In this document: positions 55,229 through 63,009 of the stretch, in pieces | Numbering within the stretch: position 1 is the first letter of the stretch | How the letters are laid out: each line of letters opens with the position of its first letter | Source of the DNA: Microgenomates group bacterium ADurb.Bin219 | Lineage (GTDB): Bacteria > Patescibacteriota > Microgenomatia > UM-FILTER-40-11 | Assembly: GCA_002069945.1 (NCBI GenBank) | Contig: MWCH01000002.1 | Coordinates: forward strand, 15,164 to 79,163 | Direction of reading: 5' to 3' | Length of the DNA stretch: 64,000 bases | Made by a program: the position numbers and the translations under genes | The notes under the pieces: model-generated | Told to the model about the DNA's origin: nothing | Database searches by the model: none | What the model saw: the letters and a program-made list of their open reading frames with translations, nothing else

Positions 55229-56728
55229 ATGAAAAGGCCAAAAATTTCCATCGTCATTCCTGCCTATAATGAAGAAGATTATCTTGGTTACTGCCTGGAG
55301 TCTCTGGCTAATCAGGATTTTCCCAAAAAAGATTACGAAATTATCGTCGTTGACAACGCTTCTACCGACAGCACCGTTAAAATTGCCAAGAATTTTAAAG
55401 CAAGAATTGTCAAAGAACCAAAAAAGGGAGTCGTTTTTGCCCGCCAAAAAGGGACTTTATCCGCCAAGGGGAAAATCATTGTCAGCTTTGACGCCGATTC
55501 GGAAGCTCCCCGGGATTGGCTCAAAAGAATTTTTCGCCATTTTCAAAAAGATCCCCGAATCATCGCCGTCGGCGGTTTTTATTTCCAACCCGGCATCCGT
55601 TTAACCTCAAAAATCTATCACGAAATGTTTTTAAGTTCTTCCATTTCTCTTTCCGCTTCTCTTTTGGGGTATCCGTATTTAATCTCCGCTTCCAATTTTG
55701 CTTTTAAGAAAGCCGCTTTTATAAAAGCCGGCGGCTATCCTTTAAACGCCGGTCGAACCGCCGACCAGTCCAGTTTTATCCGCCGATTGAAAAAAGTCGG
55801 CAAAATTATTTTTGACCCCAAATTAACCATCAGGACTTCGGCCCGCCGAACCAAAGGCCGACTTTTGGCCTCAATCGTCAAGGACGGACTTACCTATACT
55901 TTTTTGGATCCGGCTTTTTACAAATTGACCAAGAAACATCTTCCGGGAGAGGTCCCCGATATTCGAAAAACGCCAAAAACCCCTTTATTTTTGCCCCTTT
56001 TCTTTCTTTTGACCGCTTCTCTTTTGATCTTGTCCGGATTTAATCCTAAAAAGGTTTCGGGAAAAATTTACCGCCAGGCAAATCAACCCGAAAGGAAAGA
56101 GGTCAGCCTTACTTTTGACGACGGACCAAACGAGATAGGAACCCCCAGCGTTTTGGCTGCCCTGGAAGAATATCAGCTTCCGGCGACTTTTTTCTTTGTC
56201 GGTAAAAATATCCAAGGCAATGAAGAAATCCTCAAACAAGTTGCGCACAAGGGTCATGCCATCGGCAATCATAGTTACCGCCACCAAAAATTGACCTTTA
56301 AATCCGAAGAATTAAAAAAAGAGGTTGATTTGACCGAAAAAGAAATTTTTAGCGTTATTAACCGCAAACCCAGACTTTTCCGCTCTCCTTACGGTTTTCT
56401 TTCTCTCTATTCGGTTTCGCTTTTGGAAAAAGAAGGTTATCAAATCATCGGCTGGAGCGTTGACCCTCAGGATTACAAGAAAAATAAAACCGCCCAAGAA
56501 ATCGCCGCCGCAATTTTAAAAGAAGTTCGACCCGGCGCCATTATTCTGCTTCATGACGGCCGGGAGATCAAAGACGGCTCGGATTATCGGGTAACCACCG
56601 AAGCTCTCAAGGAAGTCATCCCTTCTCTTTTGGCTCAAAATTACCGATTTGTTACCCTTCCGGAGCTTTTAAATATCTCCGCTTACTTTCCCGAAATCTT
56701 CCCCCAATTTATCGCCTTTCTCCATTAG
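55229..56728 (+). CDS. Fusion protein: N-terminal GT2 glycosyltransferase + TM + C-terminal CE4 (NodB-type) polysaccharide deacetylase
   Basis: ISIVIPAYNEEDYL, VDNASTD, FDADS (GT2) and TFDDGPN, HSYRH, LLHDG (CE4). ATG at 55229 (track gives TTG at 55223); TATAAT at 55214. Confidence 0.75.
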   Translation: MKRPKISIVIPAYNEEDYLGYCLESLANQDFPKKDYEIIVVDNASTDSTVKIAKNFKARIVKEPKKGVVFARQKGTLSAKGKIIVSFDADSEAPRDWLKRIFRHFQKDPRIIAVGGFYFQPGIRLTSKIYHEMFLSSSISLSASLLGYPYLISASNFAFKKAAFIKAGGYPLNAGRTADQSSFIRRLKKVGKIIFDPKLTIRTSARRTKGRLLASIVKDGLTYTFLDPAFYKLTKKHLPGEVPDIRKTPKTPLFLPLFFLLTASLLILSGFNPKKVSGKIYRQANQPERKEVSLTFDDGPNEIGTPSVLAALEEYQLPATFFFVGKNIQGNEEILKQVAHKGHAIGNHSYRHQKLTFKSEELKKEVDLTEKEIFSVINRKPRLFRSPYGFLSLYSVSLLEKEGYQIIGWSVDPQDYKKNKTAQEIAAAILKEVRPGAIILLHDGREIKDGSDYRVTTEALKEVIPSLLAQNYRFVTLPELLNISAYFPEIFPQFIAFLH

Positions 56729-56735
56729 AAGGAAT

Positions 56736-57992
56736 TCAGACAGGAGAAAAACGAAAGCTTTTATCGCCCAAAAAACCGTTGACTTCGCTTTTAAGCAAAG
56801 ACCGGCCAAGCATCACCGCCGGGTATAAAGTCAATTCTCCAAACCTTTTATTGACCGCATCCATCGCCTTGATTAAATCTTTTTCTTTTTTTTCTTCCCC
56901 TAAAAGGCTTAAGGTTAATTCATCCTTAGGCCTCAAATCACCCAACCAAATACCCAAGAACCGAACGCCACCCTCCCAATCCATTTCTTTAAATAACCGC
57001 CAAACAATTTCAAAAACTTCTTTTCCGGAATCAAGGTAGTGCTTTAGAGCTTTGTGTCTATAATCACCTCTCGCTTCTCGCTTCTCGCCCCTTACTCCCC
57101 GACCACTACCTCTCACTCCCAATCCGACTATTCTTCCCGCCATCCCCATCTCCCGCGCCTTAAAAACCGCCTCCTCGCATAAATTTCTTAAAGTCGCCTT
57201 GATTTTTTCCCCGTCGGTTGTATTTTCGTATAAAGTATAGGTTCGGGAGACTGATTTCATCGCCGGAGTTTCCCCGATCCGGGTCAATAAAGAATCGTCC
57301 TCTCCAAAAGAAAGTTTTTTTAATTCTTTTGGCCAATAGGGACCGAGACTGGCCTCTAAACACCCAAGAGGTACTTCTCTCAAGCTCTTAAAGTTGGTAA
57401 TTCCCAAATTAAAAAGTTTTTTCTTCAGCCTTTCGCCCAGACCGCAAACGTCGGTCAATTCGCAGGAAAAGAGAACTTCGTCCCGATTGGCCAATGTAAT
57501 TTCAAAAACTCCGTCCGGTTTTTTAATTCCCGAGGCCAATTTGGCCAATAAGCGGTTGTAAGAAATACCGACAGAACAGGTAATATAACGGCCGATTTCG
57601 CTTTTAATCGCCCGTTTGATTTTTTGACAAACTTCTCCGGGCCCGCCGAACAGATCTTGGGTTCTGGTAATATCCAAAAAAAGTTCGTCAATTGAAAAAA
57701 CTTCCAAATCCGGAGAATAACGGGAGCAAATTTCAATAAATTTTTTGGTGACGGAAAAATATTTATCAAAATCCGCCGGCACCAGAATAATTTTGGGATA
57801 AATTGCTTTGGCTTCGTAGGTAGTCGTCCCGGTTTTGATTCCCAACTTTTTTGCCTCGCGGGAAGCGGCAATAAGACAAGTCCGACCGGGTCCTTTGATA
57901 ACCCCAACCGGCTTTCCGACCAGGGCGGGGCTGGCCTGTTGCTCAACCGAGGCAAAAAAGGAATCCATGTCCAAATGCAAGATTGTTTGCAT
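56736..57992 (-). CDS. dinB: DNA polymerase IV (Y-family)
   Basis: N-terminal ILHLDMDSFFASVEQ, Y-family fold; Arg/Gly-rich low-complexity insert. Confidence 0.85.
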   Translation of the reverse strand: MQTILHLDMDSFFASVEQQASPALVGKPVGVIKGPGRTCLIAASREAKKLGIKTGTTTYEAKAIYPKIILVPADFDKYFSVTKKFIEICSRYSPDLEVFSIDELFLDITRTQDLFGGPGEVCQKIKRAIKSEIGRYITCSVGISYNRLLAKLASGIKKPDGVFEITLANRDEVLFSCELTDVCGLGERLKKKLFNLGITNFKSLREVPLGCLEASLGPYWPKELKKLSFGEDDSLLTRIGETPAMKSVSRTYTLYENTTDGEKIKATLRNLCEEAVFKAREMGMAGRIVGLGVRGSGRGVRGEKREARGDYRHKALKHYLDSGKEVFEIVWRLFKEMDWEGGVRFLGIWLGDLRPKDELTLSLLGEEKKEKDLIKAMDAVNKRFGELTLYPAVMLGRSLLKSEVNGFLGDKSFRFSPV

Positions 57993-58014
57993 TTAATTAA
58001 AAATTAAATTAATT

Positions 58015-58254
58015 TCAAAGGCTTCTCTCCATCTCCCAGCTAAACTTCTCCCGATTGAAGCTGATTTCAAAATTGCCGCCAGCGGTTTGAACCGAAAAAT
58101 AAAAAACTTTTTCCTGCCCGAGATTTTTTGAATAAGAGAAGGCCACTTCAATAATTTTGTAAAGACGCTTACGCCAGGAAAAAAGAAGCGGCTTAATCTT
58201 TCCGGCTTCAAAAAGAGAAACGACCCTGATTTTCTCCTTAATAAAAACTTCCAT
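58015..58254 (-). CDS. Hypothetical small protein immediately upstream of dinB (alternative frame 57993..58211 exists)
   Basis: 79-aa ORF ending 23 nt before dinB; no motif recognised; frame choice uncertain. Confidence 0.3.
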   Translation of the reverse strand: MEVFIKEKIRVVSLFEAGKIKPLLFSWRKRLYKIIEVAFSYSKNLGQEKVFYFSVQTAGGNFEISFNREKFSWEMERSL

Positions 58255-58365
58255 CTTTCAAGATTAACCGAAGAAAACCCGAAAAGTCAAGACCGTTTAT
58301 TAGGCTAAAGGGTTAGAATTTTTCGCTGAAGAGGCAATTTTAAAACAGGGAAAAATAAATTTTTT

Positions 58366-58524
58366 TCAAGAAGGAATGGAGTCGTCCTCTAATTTTGGTT
58401 CGGCGCCGACCGTCTCCATTGCCTGGCCACAACAAATTAAAGTCCCGCCTCCTGCCTTGGTCACGCAAACCTCATTTCCGCAAACAAGACAACGAAATTT
58501 TTCCCCAACTTTGGTAACCGCCAT
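58366..58524 (-). CDS. Desulforedoxin-like (Dx-type rubredoxin-family) small metal-binding protein, 52 aa
   Basis: Not in ORF track. MAVTKVGEKFRCLVCGNEVCVTKAGGGTLICCGQAME... matches the Dx pattern CxxCG...GGGTLxCCG. RBS GGAGGTGATTTTTTT-ATG. Confidence 0.6.
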   Translation of the reverse strand: MAVTKVGEKFRCLVCGNEVCVTKAGGGTLICCGQAMETVGAEPKLEDDSIPS

Positions 58525-58604
58525 AAAAAAATCACCTCCTTTTTAAAAAATCTGATTTAATTCCCTTAAACAAAGAACTTTATTTAATCTCATGTTAAAA
58601 TAAA

Positions 58605-59168
58605 TTGATGGAATATTACAACCTTGATTTTTTCGGCCTGAAAAGAAAATTGCCTCTTGTTTCCTTAACTCCGAAAATTAAAGTCGCCAGCCTTTCCCTT
58701 CTGGGCGATACCGAATTAACTGATAAAGCGGCGGAAAAATTAAAAGAAAAGCTGGAAAAGTTTCATTTTGACTATCTTGTCGGCCCGGAAGTTAAAGTAG
58801 TTCCCCTGCTCCACGCCCTTTCCCAAAAATTCGGTCAAAAAAGATATATTGTTTGCCGCAAAAGCATTAAGGGCTACATGAATGATCCTTTTTTCTTAAA
58901 AACTCCCCAGGGCACGAAATCAAATTTTTTGGTTTTGGACGGACCGGATGCGGAACTTCTCCAGGGAAAAAAAGTTGCCGTGATTGACGATGTTGTTTCT
59001 TCGGGAACAACCTTGACCAATCTGGAAAACTTGCTCAAACAAGCCGGTGCCGAAATTGAAGTTGTCGCCACCATCTTCAAACAGGGCGATAAATACGAGA
59101 AAGACTTGCTTTTTTTATCTTCTTTGCCGGTTTTCTTCAATCAACTCCCCCTTGACAAAAAATCTTGA
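58605..59168 (+). CDS. Type I phosphoribosyltransferase (purine/adenine PRT-like)
   Basis: PRPP-binding motif VAVIDDVVSSGTTL. Confidence 0.7.
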   Translation: MMEYYNLDFFGLKRKLPLVSLTPKIKVASLSLLGDTELTDKAAEKLKEKLEKFHFDYLVGPEVKVVPLLHALSQKFGQKRYIVCRKSIKGYMNDPFFLKTPQGTKSNFLVLDGPDAELLQGKKVAVIDDVVSSGTTLTNLENLLKQAGAEIEVVATIFKQGDKYEKDLLFLSSLPVFFNQLPLDKKS

Positions 59169-59187
59169 TTTAATTAAAACCTATCTG

Positions 59188-59243
59188 TCAGCAATAATAT
59201 TCTCTTTCCCTTAAACAAAAAGGAAAAAAGCCGGAGAAAAAAT
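59188..59243 (+). promoter_or_regulatory. Conserved leader motif copy 1 (tcagcaataatattctct ... gccggagaaaaaat) upstream of the PRT-like/purA operon
   Basis: 18-nt and 14-nt blocks are identical to those at 62652..62722; contains a TAATAT -10-like hexamer. Confidence 0.5.
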
Positions 59244-59270
59244 TAAAAAATAAATAAAACGGCCAAAAAA

Positions 59271-60017
59271 ATGGTTTCTCTTATAGAAAGAATCACAGAA
59301 AGGACCAAACCAGAAGCAATCTCCTCCTCTCCTCCCCCAGAGGTTACTCCCCAAAATATCACTCAAGTAGATTTCCGTAATTTAAATTGGCTACCATATT
59401 TTTCCGGCGAACATCTTTTTGGCCCAGTCGAAAACTGCCCGGAACTCCAGCCGAACGAGTCCTTGAATATTCTAATCCCTGAATTTGCCGTTAGACAACG
59501 GGTGGAAGCGGTTGCCGGCAATCTCGCCGGGGCCATTTTGGCCGATCCGGGAAAATTTTCTCTGGGTGCTATTCGCGAGGGCGGTCTTTGGTTTTACGAG
59601 CAACTAATGAAAAAAGTTGAAGAAATCAGTCCTTGGGGAAGAAAAACCGTCAATGCGGAAAACCATTTGGATATTAAAAGCCGCCACGCAACCGAAACCG
59701 GCGAATATCAAGTTCTTAGTTCTCCTGACCCGGAAAGAGTCAACGGCAAAACTCTGATTCTTTGCGAAGGAGTTGCCGATACGCTGCAAACCATAACCAT
59801 TGCCCAAGAAGTTCTGAGCCGACCACCATATCGGGAAGTCAATTTAAGAATTCTGTTATTGCTGGACAAAACCGGCGTTCATCCAGGACTTGCCCTTCCA
59901 GGTGTTGTTTATCCGCCACTTTTTTCCTGCGGCAACGTCTGGGTTTCCGGCTGCGGCCCGGATACTGATCAAAGATTTAGAAATTTAGGTTGTATCGCAG
60001 TCTATAAAAAAGAATGA
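59271..60017 (+). CDS. Hypothetical protein, weak PRTase-like motif
   Basis: GKTLILCEGVADTLQT resembles the hhhh(D/E)(D/E)hxxTGxT PRPP loop. Overlaps purA start by 4 nt, implying an operon. Confidence 0.4.
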   Translation: MVSLIERITERTKPEAISSSPPPEVTPQNITQVDFRNLNWLPYFSGEHLFGPVENCPELQPNESLNILIPEFAVRQRVEAVAGNLAGAILADPGKFSLGAIREGGLWFYEQLMKKVEEISPWGRKTVNAENHLDIKSRHATETGEYQVLSSPDPERVNGKTLILCEGVADTLQTITIAQEVLSRPPYREVNLRILLLLDKTGVHPGLALPGVVYPPLFSCGNVWVSGCGPDTDQRFRNLGCIAVYKKE

Positions 60018-61147
60018 CAGAGCAAGAGAGTAAAAGAAAAAACGGAGCAGAAATAATCGTGGGCGCTTTTTGGGGCGACGAAGGCAAAGGAACAACTTCC
60101 GCTTTTCTGGCTTGCCGCGACCAAGCCGCGATTGTCGCCAGAGCAGGAGTCGGACCAAATGCCGAACACGGTCTTTTTCCGAAAGAAAATGGTCCTTATC
60201 TTTGCGTTAACCAACTTCCCCTCGGCTGGGCCTTAAGTCCGGAATCGCAGATCAGAATCGGACCGGGAGTTTGCGTCAACCCCCGTCTGCTTTTGGCCGA
60301 AATTGATCGGTTGAAAATTGACCCATTAAGGGTTAAGGTTGATTTCCGCTGTCCGATTATTACTCCCGAACACATTGAAAAAGAAAGACGAAGCAAGGGA
60401 ATGAGAGGAATCGGCTCAACCTTTAGCGGCAGCGGCTATTGCCGCGCGGACTTTATTTTAAGAACTGCCCAACAGGCCCGCGATATTCCCGAATTAAAAG
60501 AATTTCTGGCCGATGTTCCGGCAGAGATTAATCGAGTTGCCGAAGAGAATACGGTCATCGTTGAATCAAGCCAAGGAACAATGCTTTCTTTGGCGCTTTC
60601 ACCGGATTACCCGAATACCACTTCGGACAATGTAACCGCGATGGCCGCCGCGGACGATGTCGGGCTAAACTGGCAGAAATTGAGAGAGGTTATCCTTGTC
60701 GTCAAAGCCTTACCTACCCGCGAGGGCGGCGGCGGCCTGGGAAAAGTCAGGGAGTTGTCGGCAAAAGAAATCCAAGGACGAAATCTGGTAGAGAGAAGTT
60801 CCATTCAAGAAGGATCACTTACCGGCCGGATACGGCGCAAGGCGGAAACAATTGACTTTGACCTGTTGGCCTTTGCCGCCGAAGTTAACGGAGCAACCCA
60901 AATCGTTCTCACTTTTCTCGATCATTTTGATCCGCGGGTAACCAATATCACCGAAAGATCCGGGCTGACGGACGAAGTTTGGCAATTAATTGAAAAAGTA
61001 AAAGAAACTACCGGAACGCCGGTTACTTTGGTCAATACCGGCAAGCCCTTTGACGCTTTTGTTGATCTGACCGATAAAAAAAGACCCGAAGGAAAAATTG
61101 ATCAGGCAAAAAAATACTTCGGAACTCTTTTCCCGCCGGAAAAATAA
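60014..61147 (+). CDS. purA: Adenylosuccinate synthetase (short, archaeal-like)
   Basis: FWGDEGKGT P-loop (GDEGKGK-type) and GVGPNAEHG region, 377 aa. Confidence 0.8.
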   Translation: MTEQESKRKNGAEIIVGAFWGDEGKGTTSAFLACRDQAAIVARAGVGPNAEHGLFPKENGPYLCVNQLPLGWALSPESQIRIGPGVCVNPRLLLAEIDRLKIDPLRVKVDFRCPIITPEHIEKERRSKGMRGIGSTFSGSGYCRADFILRTAQQARDIPELKEFLADVPAEINRVAEENTVIVESSQGTMLSLALSPDYPNTTSDNVTAMAAADDVGLNWQKLREVILVVKALPTREGGGGLGKVRELSAKEIQGRNLVERSSIQEGSLTGRIRRKAETIDFDLLAFAAEVNGATQIVLTFLDHFDPRVTNITERSGLTDEVWQLIEKVKETTGTPVTLVNTGKPFDAFVDLTDKKRPEGKIDQAKKYFGTLFPPEK

Positions 61148-62497
61148 TTATTTCTCCGCGATGCCCTGTGAGGCAATGATTCCGGTTGCCGCCGCCCCGA
61201 CAATATTACCCGAAACTCCGGCGCCGTCACCGGCAACAAACAAACCCTTGATTTCCGTTTCCAGCTTCCGGCTGACCCGCGGCCGAACGGAAAAAAATTT
61301 TACTTCCGGCGCGTAAAGCAAAGTAGAATCGCTGGCCAAACCGGGCAACATTTCGTTCAATTTCTCCAAGCCTTCAATTAGGTTGGTCACGATGCGATAA
61401 GGAAAAGCCATTCCGATATCGCCGGGCGTTACCTTTTTTAGGGTCGGCAGAATGTAGCTTTTCGACAGCCTTTCCCAGGTGCTCCGGCGATGACGCTTAA
61501 AATCGGTATATCTTTGTAAAATCGGCTTGCCTCCGCCAATCGTCGCCGCCAGCTTGCAAATACTTTCACCGTAAGCAATGGTGTCGGTTACCGGTTCGGA
61601 AAGAGAGACTTTGTCCAAAAGGGCAAAATTGGCATTGGCCGAATGTTTCTGGTGGTAAGCGTGACCATTAACGCAAACAAATTCCTTGTATTTTTCCTCC
61701 GCGACAAAACCGGTAGGATTGGTGCAAAAAGTTCTTAATTCGTCATCAAAACTTTGCGTATGAAGATAGAAAGTCGGATCATAAATGACACCGCAGATTT
61801 CTTTTAAAACTTCCGAGGGAACTTCCACTCTCACTCCGATTTCAATCGCTTTTTGCTCCAGGGTCGCCCCGGCTTTTTCCAATTCTTTAGTCAACCAGTT
61901 GTTTCCCGAACGACCGGGCGCCAAAAGAATTTTCCCCGCCTTAAAGACGCCTCTATTTGTTTCCAAGCCGACAATACGTTTACCTTTCAATACCAATTCG
62001 TTAACCTCGCAACCGGTTAAAATTTCGACCCCTTTTGCCCTCAAAAATTCCTCCATTTTCGCGATATAGCCGGGAAGATTGTCCGAACCGAGATGTTTTT
62101 GCCTGATAATTTGCAAGTCAAAACCAAGCTGTTTTGTTTTTTGACGGTATTTTTCCGCCAATTCCTTATCGGTCGGGTAGGTTTCTCCGTCCATCCCAAA
62201 TTGGCAAAAAATTTCTTCCACTTCGGTCACTAATTTTTCGGCTGCCGAAAAATCCAAAAATTCGGTTAAGTCGGTTTTGCCCAAACGGGAAGTAAAATTT
62301 AATTTTCCGTCGGAATAAAGACCGGCGCCGCCGACACCCCAAAGAATTTCCTCCGGCTTTCTGGTCCGCGAAGAATTACCTTTATCTACCAGAAGAATCT
62401 TGTTTAAGCCCAAATTTAATAATTTCCAGGAAGCGAATAGGCCGGCAGGACCGGCGCCGACAATTATCACCTGAAATTTCTTTTCCTTAATTTTCAT
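61148..62497 (-). CDS. FAD-dependent oxidoreductase (COG2509-like uncharacterised FAD dehydrogenase)
   Basis: N-terminal dinucleotide fold VIIVGAGPAGLFAS and GVGGAGLYSDGKLNF. Confidence 0.7.
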   Translation of the reverse strand: MKIKEKKFQVIIVGAGPAGLFASWKLLNLGLNKILLVDKGNSSRTRKPEEILWGVGGAGLYSDGKLNFTSRLGKTDLTEFLDFSAAEKLVTEVEEIFCQFGMDGETYPTDKELAEKYRQKTKQLGFDLQIIRQKHLGSDNLPGYIAKMEEFLRAKGVEILTGCEVNELVLKGKRIVGLETNRGVFKAGKILLAPGRSGNNWLTKELEKAGATLEQKAIEIGVRVEVPSEVLKEICGVIYDPTFYLHTQSFDDELRTFCTNPTGFVAEEKYKEFVCVNGHAYHQKHSANANFALLDKVSLSEPVTDTIAYGESICKLAATIGGGKPILQRYTDFKRHRRSTWERLSKSYILPTLKKVTPGDIGMAFPYRIVTNLIEGLEKLNEMLPGLASDSTLLYAPEVKFFSVRPRVSRKLETEIKGLFVAGDGAGVSGNIVGAAATGIIASQGIAEK

Positions 62498-62651
62498 TAA
62501 TTACCAACAGATTAAAAAAGGCCAGAAAACAACGCCCAATTATTATTAACTTATTTCTTTAGAAAAGTAAAGCCGGTTTTATAGGTTAATTTAAGCAGCA
62601 TTAAGCTTTTCCTGTCTTGACAAAGGCCAGGTTTTTTTTAAAATAAAATCA

Positions 62652-62722
62652 TCAGCAATAATATTCTCTGCTTGGCTAAATCAGCCCGGGTCAAAAATAT
62701 TTGACCTTGCCGGAGAAAAAAT
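62652..62722 (+). promoter_or_regulatory. Conserved leader motif copy 2, at the start of the long leader upstream of the SBP gene
   Basis: Same 18-nt + 14-nt blocks; followed by a possible 42-codon leader ORF (62731..62859) and a terminator hairpin. Confidence 0.5.
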
Positions 62723-62750
62723 AAAAGAAAATGGCAAAACAAATTAACCG

Positions 62751-62785
62751 CCCGTCGTTATTCATTTCTTTTGACGGGTTTTTTT
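62751..62785 (+). terminator. Intrinsic terminator / attenuator hairpin
   Basis: CCCGTC-gttattcatttctttt-GACGGG followed by TTTTTTT. Confidence 0.55.
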
Positions 62786-62903
62786 GGTCCCCTTTTCCTC
62801 TTTCCCCCTCTTTTACTTTGTCTCTCAAGAATATTTGCTTTCTTGTGAGAAAAAAATAAGTTTTTTCAGCTCTTTGACAATTGAAGGCTATTGAAAATAA
62901 GTT

Positions 62904-62968
62904 TAGACAGCAGCCACCAGTCCTTTTGTGAGGGTTGCTGGCTGCTGTCTATCAAACTTTTTTCTTTT
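62904..62968 (+). promoter_or_regulatory. Long GC-rich stem-loop followed by a U-rich tract ~45 nt upstream of the SBP start (attenuator/terminator-like)
   Basis: tagacagcagcc...ggctgctgtcta, a 12-bp perfect stem with an extendable imperfect helix, then cttttttctttt. A TTGACA at 62872 lies upstream. Confidence 0.5.
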
Positions 62969-63009
62969 GATAGAAAACCAACAGTAGCAATACTCTCAAG
63001 GAGGAAAAG

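Noticed and set aside
62498-63009. TPP or purine riboswitch in the SBP leader
   Set aside because: Could not find the conserved TPP-box (CUGAGA / ACCUGAUCUGGAUAAUGCCAGCG-like) or purine-box core sequences by eye; only generic hairpins. Left as an uncharacterised leader.
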